20,000 bases of DNA from Desulfonatronovibrionaceae bacterium (GTDB lineage Bacteria > Desulfobacterota > Desulfovibrionia > Desulfovibrionales > Desulfonatronovibrionaceae): positions 181,569 to 201,568 of the forward strand of contig JBKHGE010000001.1 of assembly GCA_046539845.1 (NCBI GenBank), in the 5' to 3' direction. Positions within the stretch are counted from its first letter, which is position 1. The number at the start of each line of letters is the position of its first letter. Below the pieces are notes generated by a model. The model searched no databases and had not been told where the DNA came from. It was given only the letters and a program-made list of their open reading frames with translations. Position numbers and translations under genes: made by a program. Shown one piece after another: positions 1 through 7,532 of this stretch.

Positions 1-429
1 TTGCTTGAGGGGGTGGACAGGGTATACCTGCAGGGGTCGAAAATGAACCCGCGACCCTTTCGGCTGCTCTCCTTGCGCCCCTCGCCCAAGGGGTTGATTT
101 TTGCCCTGGAGGGTATAACCGGCCGGGATCAGGCGGAGAAATGGCGTGAGGCTGATGTTCTGGCCCGGGAAAAGGATGTCGACCCGGGTCGGGACGATTG
201 CGGGCTGCTTGTCTTGACCGGCTACAGGATATATGCGCAAGATGAGGGCTACCTGGGAGAGCTCTCCAGGGCGTGGGAAACCGGCGCGGGAGTGGTCTGG
301 TCCATTATAAGCGAAGACGGCTCGGAGATCCTTTTCCCGGCCCGGCCCAGATTCATAAAACACATCGACCGCCGCAATTTTTGTATAGAGATAGTGCCAC
401 CGCCGGGGTTACTGGAAATTTATTCCTGA
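1..429 (+). CDS. rimM: 16S rRNA processing protein RimM (5' truncated by window edge)
   Basis: Motifs 'LEGITGRDQAEKWR', 'YLGELSRAWETGAGVVWSI' and 'EILFPA..FIKHID...IEIVPPPGLLEIY' fit the PRC-barrel C-terminus. Lies directly upstream of trmD-rplS, the canonical order. Confidence 0.9.
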   Translation: MLEGVDRVYLQGSKMNPRPFRLLSLRPSPKGLIFALEGITGRDQAEKWREADVLAREKDVDPGRDDCGLLVLTGYRIYAQDEGYLGELSRAWETGAGVVWSIISEDGSEILFPARPRFIKHIDRRNFCIEIVPPPGLLEIYS

Positions 430-513
430 CCTGGTCCTTTTTTCCGTGCCGGACGCAGAATGCGGAGCAGTGGCGCGATCAAAAACAACAACTGCAACCA
501 GCCGCAGGCCGCA

Positions 514-1800
514 ATGCCGATTTCAATCACCCTGGTGACCATATTCCCGGAGTTTTTTTCCTCTCCTCTGTCCTGCGGGCTCATGTCCAGGGCCAGAAAG
601 CAGGGCCTTGTGGACTTTTCTTTTTTAAATCCCAGGGACTTTGCCGCGGATAAGCATAGAAGCGTAGACGACCGGCCTTATGGCGGAGGGCCGGGCATGG
701 TCATGCTGCCCGGACCTTTGGACGGGGCCCTTTCCGCCCTGCCGCCCAAGGGTAGAAAACTGCTCATGACCCCGAAAGGCAGGCCTTTGGATCAGGACCT
801 GGTGGAGGACCTGGCGGCAGAGTCCGGCTTGGTTTTGATTTGTGGCCGCTATGAAGGCATAGATGAGCGGGTGCGGGAAAAATTCGATCTGGAGCCGGTC
901 TCGGTCGGAGATTTTGTCTTAAACGGCGGGGAAGCCGCGGCCCTGTGCCTGATAGAATCCGTGGCCCGCCGCATCCCGGGGTTTATGGGCCGCCCCGAGT
1001 CCGCCGGGGAAGAGAGTTTTGCCTCCGGACTACTGGAATATCCGCATTATACCCGCCCGGAGGAGTTTGCCGGCCGCAGGGTCCCGGAGGTGCTTTTATC
1101 CGGTGACCACGGCCGGGTGGCAGAATGGAGGAAGGAAAAATCTCTGCAAAACACCCTGAACCGCCGTCCGGACCTTCTGGACCGGGCCCGGTTGACTGGA
1201 GCGGACGTCCAAAAGCTGAAAAAGCTCTATACCAGAACAGCAGCCAGGAATCTTTATCTGGCCCTGATCCACCATCCGGTGCTGAACAAATTTGCCCAAC
1301 CCGGAACCACCTCTTTGACAAATCTGGATATACACGATATTGGACGCGTTTCCCGTACCTACGGTCTGGGTCGTTATTTTTTATGCACCCCGGTCCGGGA
1401 CCAGCAGGCGCTGGCCCGCAGGTTGCTTGACTACTGGGTAAGCGGTCCGGGCGGTGTCGGGAATCCGGACCGGTCCGAAGCCCTGTCCGGCATCGAAGTG
1501 GTGGACAGTCTTGAGGCGGCGAAAGCGCGGGTTGTGGATCTGACCGGGATGCAGCCCGCGGTTGTAGGGACTACCGCCAGGATGAGCGATTCTGCTCTTA
1601 CCCCGCCCGAGTTGCGGGTGAGGCTGGAAGACAGGCCGGTCTTGCTAGTTCTGGGTACCGGACACGGCTTGGCCCCTTCGGCAATGGCCCTCTGCGACGA
1701 GGTGTTGCGGCCGCTTCGTCCTGCGGCCGGATATAATCATATGTCTGTCCGCTCCGCGGCCTCCATAATTTTGGACCGGATAATCGGAGATTTTTATTGA
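514..1800 (+). CDS. trmD: tRNA (m1G37) methyltransferase TrmD fused to a C-terminal second SPOUT methyltransferase domain (Tm1570/DUF2168-like)
   Basis: TrmD motifs 'VTIFPEFF', 'DDRPYGGGPGMV', 'CGRYEGIDER', 'GDFVLNGGE' and 'LEYPHYTRP'. From about 1246 an extra ~185 aa follows, with 'LYLALIHHPVLNK', 'TNLDIHDIGRVSRTYG', 'LLVLGTGHGL' and 'YNHMSVRSAASIILDR'. ATG 514 chosen by homology; the ORF is open from 460. Confidence 0.93.
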   Translation: MPISITLVTIFPEFFSSPLSCGLMSRARKQGLVDFSFLNPRDFAADKHRSVDDRPYGGGPGMVMLPGPLDGALSALPPKGRKLLMTPKGRPLDQDLVEDLAAESGLVLICGRYEGIDERVREKFDLEPVSVGDFVLNGGEAAALCLIESVARRIPGFMGRPESAGEESFASGLLEYPHYTRPEEFAGRRVPEVLLSGDHGRVAEWRKEKSLQNTLNRRPDLLDRARLTGADVQKLKKLYTRTAARNLYLALIHHPVLNKFAQPGTTSLTNLDIHDIGRVSRTYGLGRYFLCTPVRDQQALARRLLDYWVSGPGGVGNPDRSEALSGIEVVDSLEAAKARVVDLTGMQPAVVGTTARMSDSALTPPELRVRLEDRPVLLVLGTGHGLAPSAMALCDEVLRPLRPAAGYNHMSVRSAASIILDRIIGDFY

Positions 1801-1854
1801 GCCGGGCTGCCGGGGCTTTGGTCCCGGAATGTAAGCCCATACTTAAATAATTCA

Positions 1855-1860
1855 AGGAGA
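1855..1860 (+). promoter_or_regulatory. Shine-Dalgarno sequence of rplS
   Basis: AGGAGA in an AT-rich context 10 nt before ATG 1871. Confidence 0.7.
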
Positions 1861-1870
1861 ATATACAGTC

Positions 1871-2221
1871 ATGAATGCCCTGGAAAAGATCGAAAAACGT
1901 CAGATGCGCATGGACATCCCCTCATTCAAGGCCGGAGACACGCTTAACGTCCACGTCCGGATTATTGAAGGGGAAAAGGAAAGGATACAGGTATTCAAGG
2001 GAGTTGTCATCCGCGTCAACCGCGGCGGTGCCAATGCCTCTTTTGTGGTTCGTAAGATCTCGGACGGCATCGGAGTGGAGCGCGTCTTTCCCCTGCATTC
2101 CCCGGCCATTGAGCGCATAGAGGTCCTCACCGAGGGCCGGGTCCGCCAGGGTCGTATTTACTATCTGCGCAAACTCAAGGGCAAGGCGGCCCGGATCAAG
2201 AGCAAGAATCAGTGGAACTAG
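1871..2221 (+). CDS. rplS: 50S ribosomal protein L19
   Basis: '[29 protein letters not shown]', '[19 protein letters not shown]', '[12 protein letters not shown]'. Confidence 0.98.
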   Translation: MNALEKIEKRQMRMDIPSFKAGDTLNVHVRIIEGEKERIQVFKGVVIRVNRGGANASFVVRKISDGIGVERVFPLHSPAIERIEVLTEGRVRQGRIYYLRKLKGKAARIKSKNQWN

Positions 2222-2239
2222 ACCGCTCCCGGATCTGCC

Positions 2240-2866
2240 GTGGACAATGGCAATGACCCGGCCGGGCTTCGACCCCCTTCCGTGGCCGGCGTGGATGAAG
2301 CTGGCCGCGGATGTCTGGCCGGTCCGGTGGTGGCCGCTGCTGTGGTCCTCCCTCCCAGGTTCTGTCTCCCGCAGCTGACAGATTCCAAAAAACTATCCCC
2401 CAGGAGGCGTCAGGAGTTGACACCCCTGATCCGGGCCCGGTCGACCGCTTGGGCCGTGGGCCTGTCCTGGCCCCGGGAGATAGATCGTCTAAACATCCTG
2501 CAGGCCTCCCTCCTGGCCATGCGCCGGGCCGTGAACAAGTTGAACACCGTTCCGGACATGGTTCTTGTTGACGGCAATCAGAGAATTCCCATAGACTTGA
2601 AACAACAGACTATTGTGGGCGGGGATTTGAGCGAGCCTTGTATCTCGGCTGCTTCTGTTTTGGCCAAGGTCTTCCGCGACCGCCTCATGCAGGCCATGGA
2701 CAGGCGCTATCCCGGATACGGCTTTGCCGCGCACAAAGGCTATGGGACCAGGGAGCACCGGGAGGTACTCAAATGCAAAGGTCCCAGCCCGATTCATCGG
2801 ACAAGCTTTAAGGGTGTGCTGTGTGCGACACGCAGGGAAAGGATAAACCGGCTACCCGGACTCTGA
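2240..2866 (+). CDS. rnhB: Ribonuclease HII
   Basis: 'AGVDEAGRGCLAGPVVAAAV', 'DSKKLS', 'EIDRLNILQAS', 'VDGN', 'ISAASVLAKVFRD', 'HKGYGT', 'HRTSF'. Confidence 0.96.
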   Translation: MDNGNDPAGLRPPSVAGVDEAGRGCLAGPVVAAAVVLPPRFCLPQLTDSKKLSPRRRQELTPLIRARSTAWAVGLSWPREIDRLNILQASLLAMRRAVNKLNTVPDMVLVDGNQRIPIDLKQQTIVGGDLSEPCISAASVLAKVFRDRLMQAMDRRYPGYGFAAHKGYGTREHREVLKCKGPSPIHRTSFKGVLCATRRERINRLPGL

Positions 2867-3252
2867 ATCTGGGATCAAAGGGAGAGGATGTGGCCGCGGA
2901 TTTCATGCGCGAGCAGGGCTACCGGGTCCTGGAGCGCAATTGGCGGTGCACAAGCGGGGAGCTGGACTTGGTCTGTTCCCACGGTTCGGATCTGGTTTTC
3001 GTGGAGGTCAAAACCCGGACCAAGAGCAGTATGGGCCGGGCCGGGGAGTCCCTTCCTGCCGGCCAGAAATCCAGACTGGTCAGGGCGGCCAGCCAATATC
3101 TGAGCCGGAACAATCTATGGTCCAAAAGCTGCCGTTTTGACCTGGTCGCCCTGGAAATCAGGGAAAACCACGTAAATCTGGAGCACGTGTCAAATGTCAT
3201 TGATTTCGGGGAGGCTTTGGGTGGTGGCCACTCCTCTTGGCAACCTTGGTGA
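2821..3252 (+). CDS. yraN: YraN family (UPF0102) putative endonuclease
   Basis: 'GSKGEDVAADFM..QGYRVLERNWRC..GELDLV....LVFVEVKTR' and 'CRFDLVA'. Exact start uncertain. Confidence 0.92.
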   Translation: MCDTQGKDKPATRTLNLGSKGEDVAADFMREQGYRVLERNWRCTSGELDLVCSHGSDLVFVEVKTRTKSSMGRAGESLPAGQKSRLVRAASQYLSRNNLWSKSCRFDLVALEIRENHVNLEHVSNVIDFGEALGGGHSSWQPW

Positions 3253-4030
3253 TTTTCCCCCCCGGGCCATAGAGGTGCTCCGGGCCTGCTCCCTGATCCT
3301 GGCTGAAGATACCAGACGGGCCGGCAGGTTTCTGGCCGCGGTCCGGGTGGATCCACCGTGGATGATCAGTTTTTTTGAGCACAACGAAGAGCAGAGGCTC
3401 AAGCAGGTCCTGGAGCTTTTGCGTTCCGGGCAGGAAGCGGCTTTGATCTCGGATGCAGGCACACCAGTGGTTTCCGATCCAGGATACCGTTTGGTGCGCG
3501 CCTGTCGGGAAAACGGGATCCCGGTTTCCACTGTCCCCGGTCCGAGCGCTCCGGTTGCCGCCCTGAGCATCTCCGGGCTCCCGACTGTCCCGTTTGTCTT
3601 TTTGGGTTTTTTGTCCCGACGGGCCGGGGAAGTGACCGAAATATTCGAGAAATGGAACCCGGTGCAGGCCACTTTGGTCTTTTTCGAGCGCAAGAACAGG
3701 CTGGCCCGGACCCTGACCATCGCCCGGGAAGTTTTGGGCGACAGGGAATATTCGGTGTGTCGGGAGCTGACCAAGAAATACGAGGAAGTCATTCGTGGTA
3801 ATCTGGCCGACATAGAGCCTGTGGCCGATCTCAGGGGGGAGGTTACGGTGGTTCTCGGTCCGCCGTTGCAAAGGGAGCGAACCGGTAACCTGGAGGCCAG
3901 GGAGGTATTGGAGCAGGAACTGGCCAGGGGCCTTAAACCCAAGCAGGCAGCCCGGGAGGCAGCTGGGCGGATCCAGGGTTGGACCGGCAAGGAGCTGTAT
4001 CGCCTTTTGCACGAAAGGGATTTTTCTTAG
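3194..4030 (+). CDS. rsmI: 16S rRNA C1402 2'-O-methyltransferase RsmI
   Basis: 'LWVVATPLGNLGD', 'AEDTR', 'ALISDAGTPVVSDPG', 'VPGPSA', 'FLGFL', 'RELTKKYEEV', 'RGEVTVV'. Confidence 0.95.
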   Translation: MSLISGRLWVVATPLGNLGDFPPRAIEVLRACSLILAEDTRRAGRFLAAVRVDPPWMISFFEHNEEQRLKQVLELLRSGQEAALISDAGTPVVSDPGYRLVRACRENGIPVSTVPGPSAPVAALSISGLPTVPFVFLGFLSRRAGEVTEIFEKWNPVQATLVFFERKNRLARTLTIAREVLGDREYSVCRELTKKYEEVIRGNLADIEPVADLRGEVTVVLGPPLQRERTGNLEAREVLEQELARGLKPKQAAREAAGRIQGWTGKELYRLLHERDFS

Positions 4031-4177
4031 GGCTTTTGCACCGGTCAAATTTGGGACTGCGGTTTTTGCCCGCCGGGGCAAAATAACAGACGGGTTCCGG
4101 CGGAGATGGTCACCGGTTATCAGCTTGGACTTAAAAATTCCCGGGTGGAGTCAAGGAAGCATAATTTATTGGGGCTT

Positions 4178-4903
4178 ATGGACGTAAAAACCCTGCTTAA
4201 GTGCTATCTGCGCTCCTATCTCATGGGCAGCGCCTTCAATACCAGGGGACTGCAGAATATTGGGCTGATCTATGCCTTGGATCCCGCGCTCAGACGGATA
4301 TACCCGGAGGGAAAAAATCTGCAGCGGGCCCGCCGTAGACATGCTCGGCTGTATAATTCGCACCCGTTCTGGAATCCGTTGCTGGTGGGGATATTTATCC
4401 ATTTGGAGAGCAAGGCGGCCCGGAACCTTTTGCCCGAGGGCATGATCAGCAAGGTCAAGTCCACTGTGGTCTACACCCTGTCCGCGATCGGGGATTCGTT
4501 TTTCGGGGGTAGCCTGTTGGTCACCTGGGCCTTGGGGACAATGCTTATGCTCCTGGCCGGAATGCATGCCGCCGCTCTGGGGACCACTGTATTGGCCTTT
4601 GTCTGTCTGCAGATTTTCAAGATGTATGTGTTTTACATGGGAGTGACCAGGGGTGTGGCTTTTTTGACCCGCCTCAAAAGCTGGAATCTGATAAACTGGG
4701 GCGCGGGCATCAAGCTGTTCAACGCGGCCTTGATGCTGGGGATTGCCCTTATGCTCTGGCCCGGGTATGCCGATCCCGCAGGTTTTTTTGTCTTTTTTAC
4801 GGCCGTGGCCTGCTATTGCTATGCCGTGTTCCGGGTCCCGGTCCTGCGGGAGATCGTCCTGGCATTTGCCTTTGTTTTGGTGCTGATTATATATTCTTTT
4901 TGA
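4178..4903 (+). CDS. PTS mannose/fructose/sorbose-family IID component (membrane protein)
   Basis: 'FNTRGLQNIGLIYALDPALRRIY', 'YNSHPFWNPLLVG', 'LSAIGDSFF', then several hydrophobic helices. Directly upstream of ptsH-ptsI. ATG 4178 preferred; the ORF is open from 4106. Confidence 0.85.
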   Translation: MDVKTLLKCYLRSYLMGSAFNTRGLQNIGLIYALDPALRRIYPEGKNLQRARRRHARLYNSHPFWNPLLVGIFIHLESKAARNLLPEGMISKVKSTVVYTLSAIGDSFFGGSLLVTWALGTMLMLLAGMHAAALGTTVLAFVCLQIFKMYVFYMGVTRGVAFLTRLKSWNLINWGAGIKLFNAALMLGIALMLWPGYADPAGFFVFFTAVACYCYAVFRVPVLREIVLAFAFVLVLIIYSF

Positions 4904-4989
4904 TCTCTAAGCAGGTATGATGTTGCAGCCGTGTAAAGCGTGAATCAGAATTGGTAAACAAAAAAATCAGGGATGTTCCGGGTTGGATA

Positions 4990-5271
4990 ATGGAGGAAGA
5001 AAGTGTAACCCGAGAGGTGGTGCTGCGCAGCAAATGGGGGCTGCATGCCCGGCCCGCAGCCAGGCTGGCCCAGGAGGCGCAGAAATTCAAGTCTGAGATA
5101 AGGCTGGGACTTGATGGCAGGGAAGTGGATGCCAAGAGCATCCTGGATGTGCTCACACTGGCCGCCTCCGGGGGAGCAAAACTGCAGATCGTGGCCGCGG
5201 GAGCGGATGCAAAAAAGGCGGTAACGCATTTGAGCGGCTTGCTGGAAAGCCGGCTCGAAGAGGATAGGTAA
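4990..5271 (+). CDS. ptsH: Phosphocarrier protein HPr
   Basis: 'GLHARPAA' (His15) and 'VDAKSILDVLTL' (Ser46). The TAA stop overlaps the ptsI ATG. Confidence 0.95.
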   Translation: MEEESVTREVVLRSKWGLHARPAARLAQEAQKFKSEIRLGLDGREVDAKSILDVLTLAASGGAKLQIVAAGADAKKAVTHLSGLLESRLEEDR

Positions 5272-7040
5272 TGGCCAGAAAGGTGCTCTCCGGTATTCCG
5301 GTTTCCAACGGCATGGCAATCGGCAAGGCCTTTTTTTTGAACAGGGGCATTGGCGCTGCCGTTCCCCGGTTGAGCGTACCCGAGGAGGAGGTGGACCACG
5401 AGTTTTCCCGCCTTTCCCGGGCTGTGGCTGCTGCTGTCGAGGATCTGAACGCGGTACGCGCAAAGGTCCCCAAGGACTTACGGGAACACGCCGCCATTCT
5501 GGATTCCCACCTGATGATCCTCAAGGATAACAAGCTGGTCAGCTCGGCGGAAAAATATATTCGGGAGAAGAAAATCAATGCCGAGTGGGCCCTGGAAAAG
5601 GCGGTCCATGATATCCGCCGGGCCTTTGAATCGATTGATGACGAGTATATCCGCCAGCGTATCCAAGACGTGGATCTGGTGGCCTTCAGGGTGCAAAACA
5701 GGCTCTCCGGCGGCAAGGAATCTATATCCGCCATCTCCAGCCGGGTAATCCTTTTGGCCCACGATCTGTCTCCTGCGGACACCATAGAGCTGGAGGTGGA
5801 CAAGATAATGGCCTTTGCCACCACCCTGGGAGGCAAGACCTCTCATGCCGGAATCATGGCCCGCTCCCTGCAGATTCCGGCGGTGGTGGCGGTTGAGGGT
5901 CTGGAGGAATATATCCTGGACGGAGAGATCATCATCCTGGACGGCCTGCATGGCCAGATTATAATCGCCCCGGATGAAAAGGAGCTGGCCCATTATTCGG
6001 AACTGAAATACCAGTTCGAGGCCTACCAGGGGACTATCAGCCGCTGCTGCCATCTGCCGGCGGAGACCAGGGATGGCTATCAGGTCAAGGTCATGGCCAA
6101 TATAGAGCTTTTTGAGGAAGTGGCCGCGGTTATTGACCACGGCGGTGAAGGCATCGGCTTGTACCGCACCGAATACAGCTATCTGAATCGGGACCGCCTC
6201 CCCGGCGAGGATGAGCTTTTCGAGGAATACCGCGATTTGGCCTCGATTATCTATCCAAATAACGTGATTATCCGTACCCTAGATCTCGGCTCGGACAAGA
6301 TCGCCTCCTTTGTTCAACCTATTGAGGAGGCCAATCCGGCCATGGGGCTTCGGGCCATTCGTTTCTGTCAGAAGTATCCCCATATCTTCCGCACCCAGCT
6401 TCGGGCCATACTCCGAGCCAGCGTGGTGGGCAATGTGTCCATTATGTTTCCCATGATCTCCGGACTGCAGGAGCTTAAAGAGGTCAAGGATATTTACAAT
6501 CAAGTGCGCGCGGAACTCAAAAGCGAGGGCAAGAATTTCGATCCGGAGATGTCCGTGGGGATCATGATCGAACTCCCCGGGGCGGTGCTCATAGCGGACA
6601 TCCTAGCCCGGGAGGTTGATTTTTTCAGCATCGGGACCAATGACCTCATCCAATACTCCCTGGGTATCGACCGCACCAACAAACATGTCTCCTACCTATA
6701 TCAACCCCTGCATCCGGCTATTCTGCGGAGCATAAAGCATGTGGTAGACGCCGGACACGAGGCCGGAATTGACGTCAGCCTGTGCGGAGAGCTGGCCTCG
6801 GATCCGTTTTGTATTCCCATTCTCCTCGGGATGCAGATAGATTCTCTGAGCCTCACCCCGCAGGCCATACCCGGGATAAAGCGTCTTTTGCGCCAGACCA
6901 CCATGGAGGAGTGCAAGCCGCTTTTGCGCCAGGTGGTACGCAACGCCACGGTGGCCGAGAGCAACAGGCTGGTCCGGGAGTTGGTTTTGAACCGTTTTCC
7001 GGAAGAGGTCATGTTCTATTCTTCCCTGGTGGAGGCCTGA
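5271..7040 (+). CDS. ptsI: Phosphoenolpyruvate-protein phosphotransferase (PTS Enzyme I)
   Basis: 'GGKTSHAGIMARSL' (phospho-His), 'GIGLYRTE', 'RTLDLGSDK', 'EANPAMGLRAIR', 'FFSIGTNDLIQY', 'SLCGELASDP'. Confidence 0.97.
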   Translation: MARKVLSGIPVSNGMAIGKAFFLNRGIGAAVPRLSVPEEEVDHEFSRLSRAVAAAVEDLNAVRAKVPKDLREHAAILDSHLMILKDNKLVSSAEKYIREKKINAEWALEKAVHDIRRAFESIDDEYIRQRIQDVDLVAFRVQNRLSGGKESISAISSRVILLAHDLSPADTIELEVDKIMAFATTLGGKTSHAGIMARSLQIPAVVAVEGLEEYILDGEIIILDGLHGQIIIAPDEKELAHYSELKYQFEAYQGTISRCCHLPAETRDGYQVKVMANIELFEEVAAVIDHGGEGIGLYRTEYSYLNRDRLPGEDELFEEYRDLASIIYPNNVIIRTLDLGSDKIASFVQPIEEANPAMGLRAIRFCQKYPHIFRTQLRAILRASVVGNVSIMFPMISGLQELKEVKDIYNQVRAELKSEGKNFDPEMSVGIMIELPGAVLIADILAREVDFFSIGTNDLIQYSLGIDRTNKHVSYLYQPLHPAILRSIKHVVDAGHEAGIDVSLCGELASDPFCIPILLGMQIDSLSLTPQAIPGIKRLLRQTTMEECKPLLRQVVRNATVAESNRLVRELVLNRFPEEVMFYSSLVEA

Positions 7041-7042
7041 GC

Positions 7043-7516
7043 ATGAGTGCCAACAGTCCGGACAAAATTCCGGTAAAAATCATTGGTAAGAACAAGCGCG
7101 CCCGCCACGAATATGAGTTTTTGGAGCGCCTGGAGGCCGGGATCTCTTTGACCGGCTCCGAGGTCAAGTCCCTGCGTGCCGGCCGGCTTAGTTTCCAGGA
7201 TGCCCATGTGCGTTTCCGGACCGGGGAGGCCTATCTCACGGGTGTGCACATAGGCGGATATGAGAACGCCGGATACGCCCAGCACGAGCCGGACCGGGAC
7301 CGCAAGCTGCTCATGCACAAACGCGAAATCCACAATTGGATGGGCAAGGTGGACCAGAAGGGTCTGACCATTGTCCCGCTTAGCGTGTATTTCTCCCGGG
7401 GTAGGGTCAAGGTGGAGCTGGCCCTGGCCCGGGGCAAGAAAGTGCACGACCGGCGCGAGGAACTCAAGCGCCGGGCCATGAACCTGGATATGGCCCGGGC
7501 CATGAAAAATACTTAA
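7043..7516 (+). CDS. smpB: SsrA-binding protein SmpB
   Basis: 'NKRARHEY', 'EAGISLTGSEVKSLR', 'RKLLMHKREI', 'KGLTIVPL', 'ARGKKVHDRR'. GGAGG at 7031-7035 precedes ATG 7043; the longer 6782 start overlaps ptsI and is rejected. Confidence 0.97.
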   Translation: MSANSPDKIPVKIIGKNKRARHEYEFLERLEAGISLTGSEVKSLRAGRLSFQDAHVRFRTGEAYLTGVHIGGYENAGYAQHEPDRDRKLLMHKREIHNWMGKVDQKGLTIVPLSVYFSRGRVKVELALARGKKVHDRREELKRRAMNLDMARAMKNT

Positions 7517-7532
7517 CCGCAGGTCCCTGAAG

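Noticed and set aside
3190..4081. Minus-strand ORFs (266 aa, 294 aa) opposite rsmI
   Set aside because: Antisense shadows with no motifs.
4932..4947. TGTAAAGCGTGAATCA upstream of ptsH as a cre/LacI-type operator
   Set aside because: Spacing and symmetry do not match the cre consensus.
6782..7042. Apparent 87-aa N-terminal extension of SmpB
   Set aside because: It overlaps the ptsI coding region. The real start is ATG 7043, which has a GGAGG RBS.
7043..7532. tmRNA (ssrA) near smpB
   Set aside because: There is no intergenic space, and no tRNA-like ends are visible in the window.
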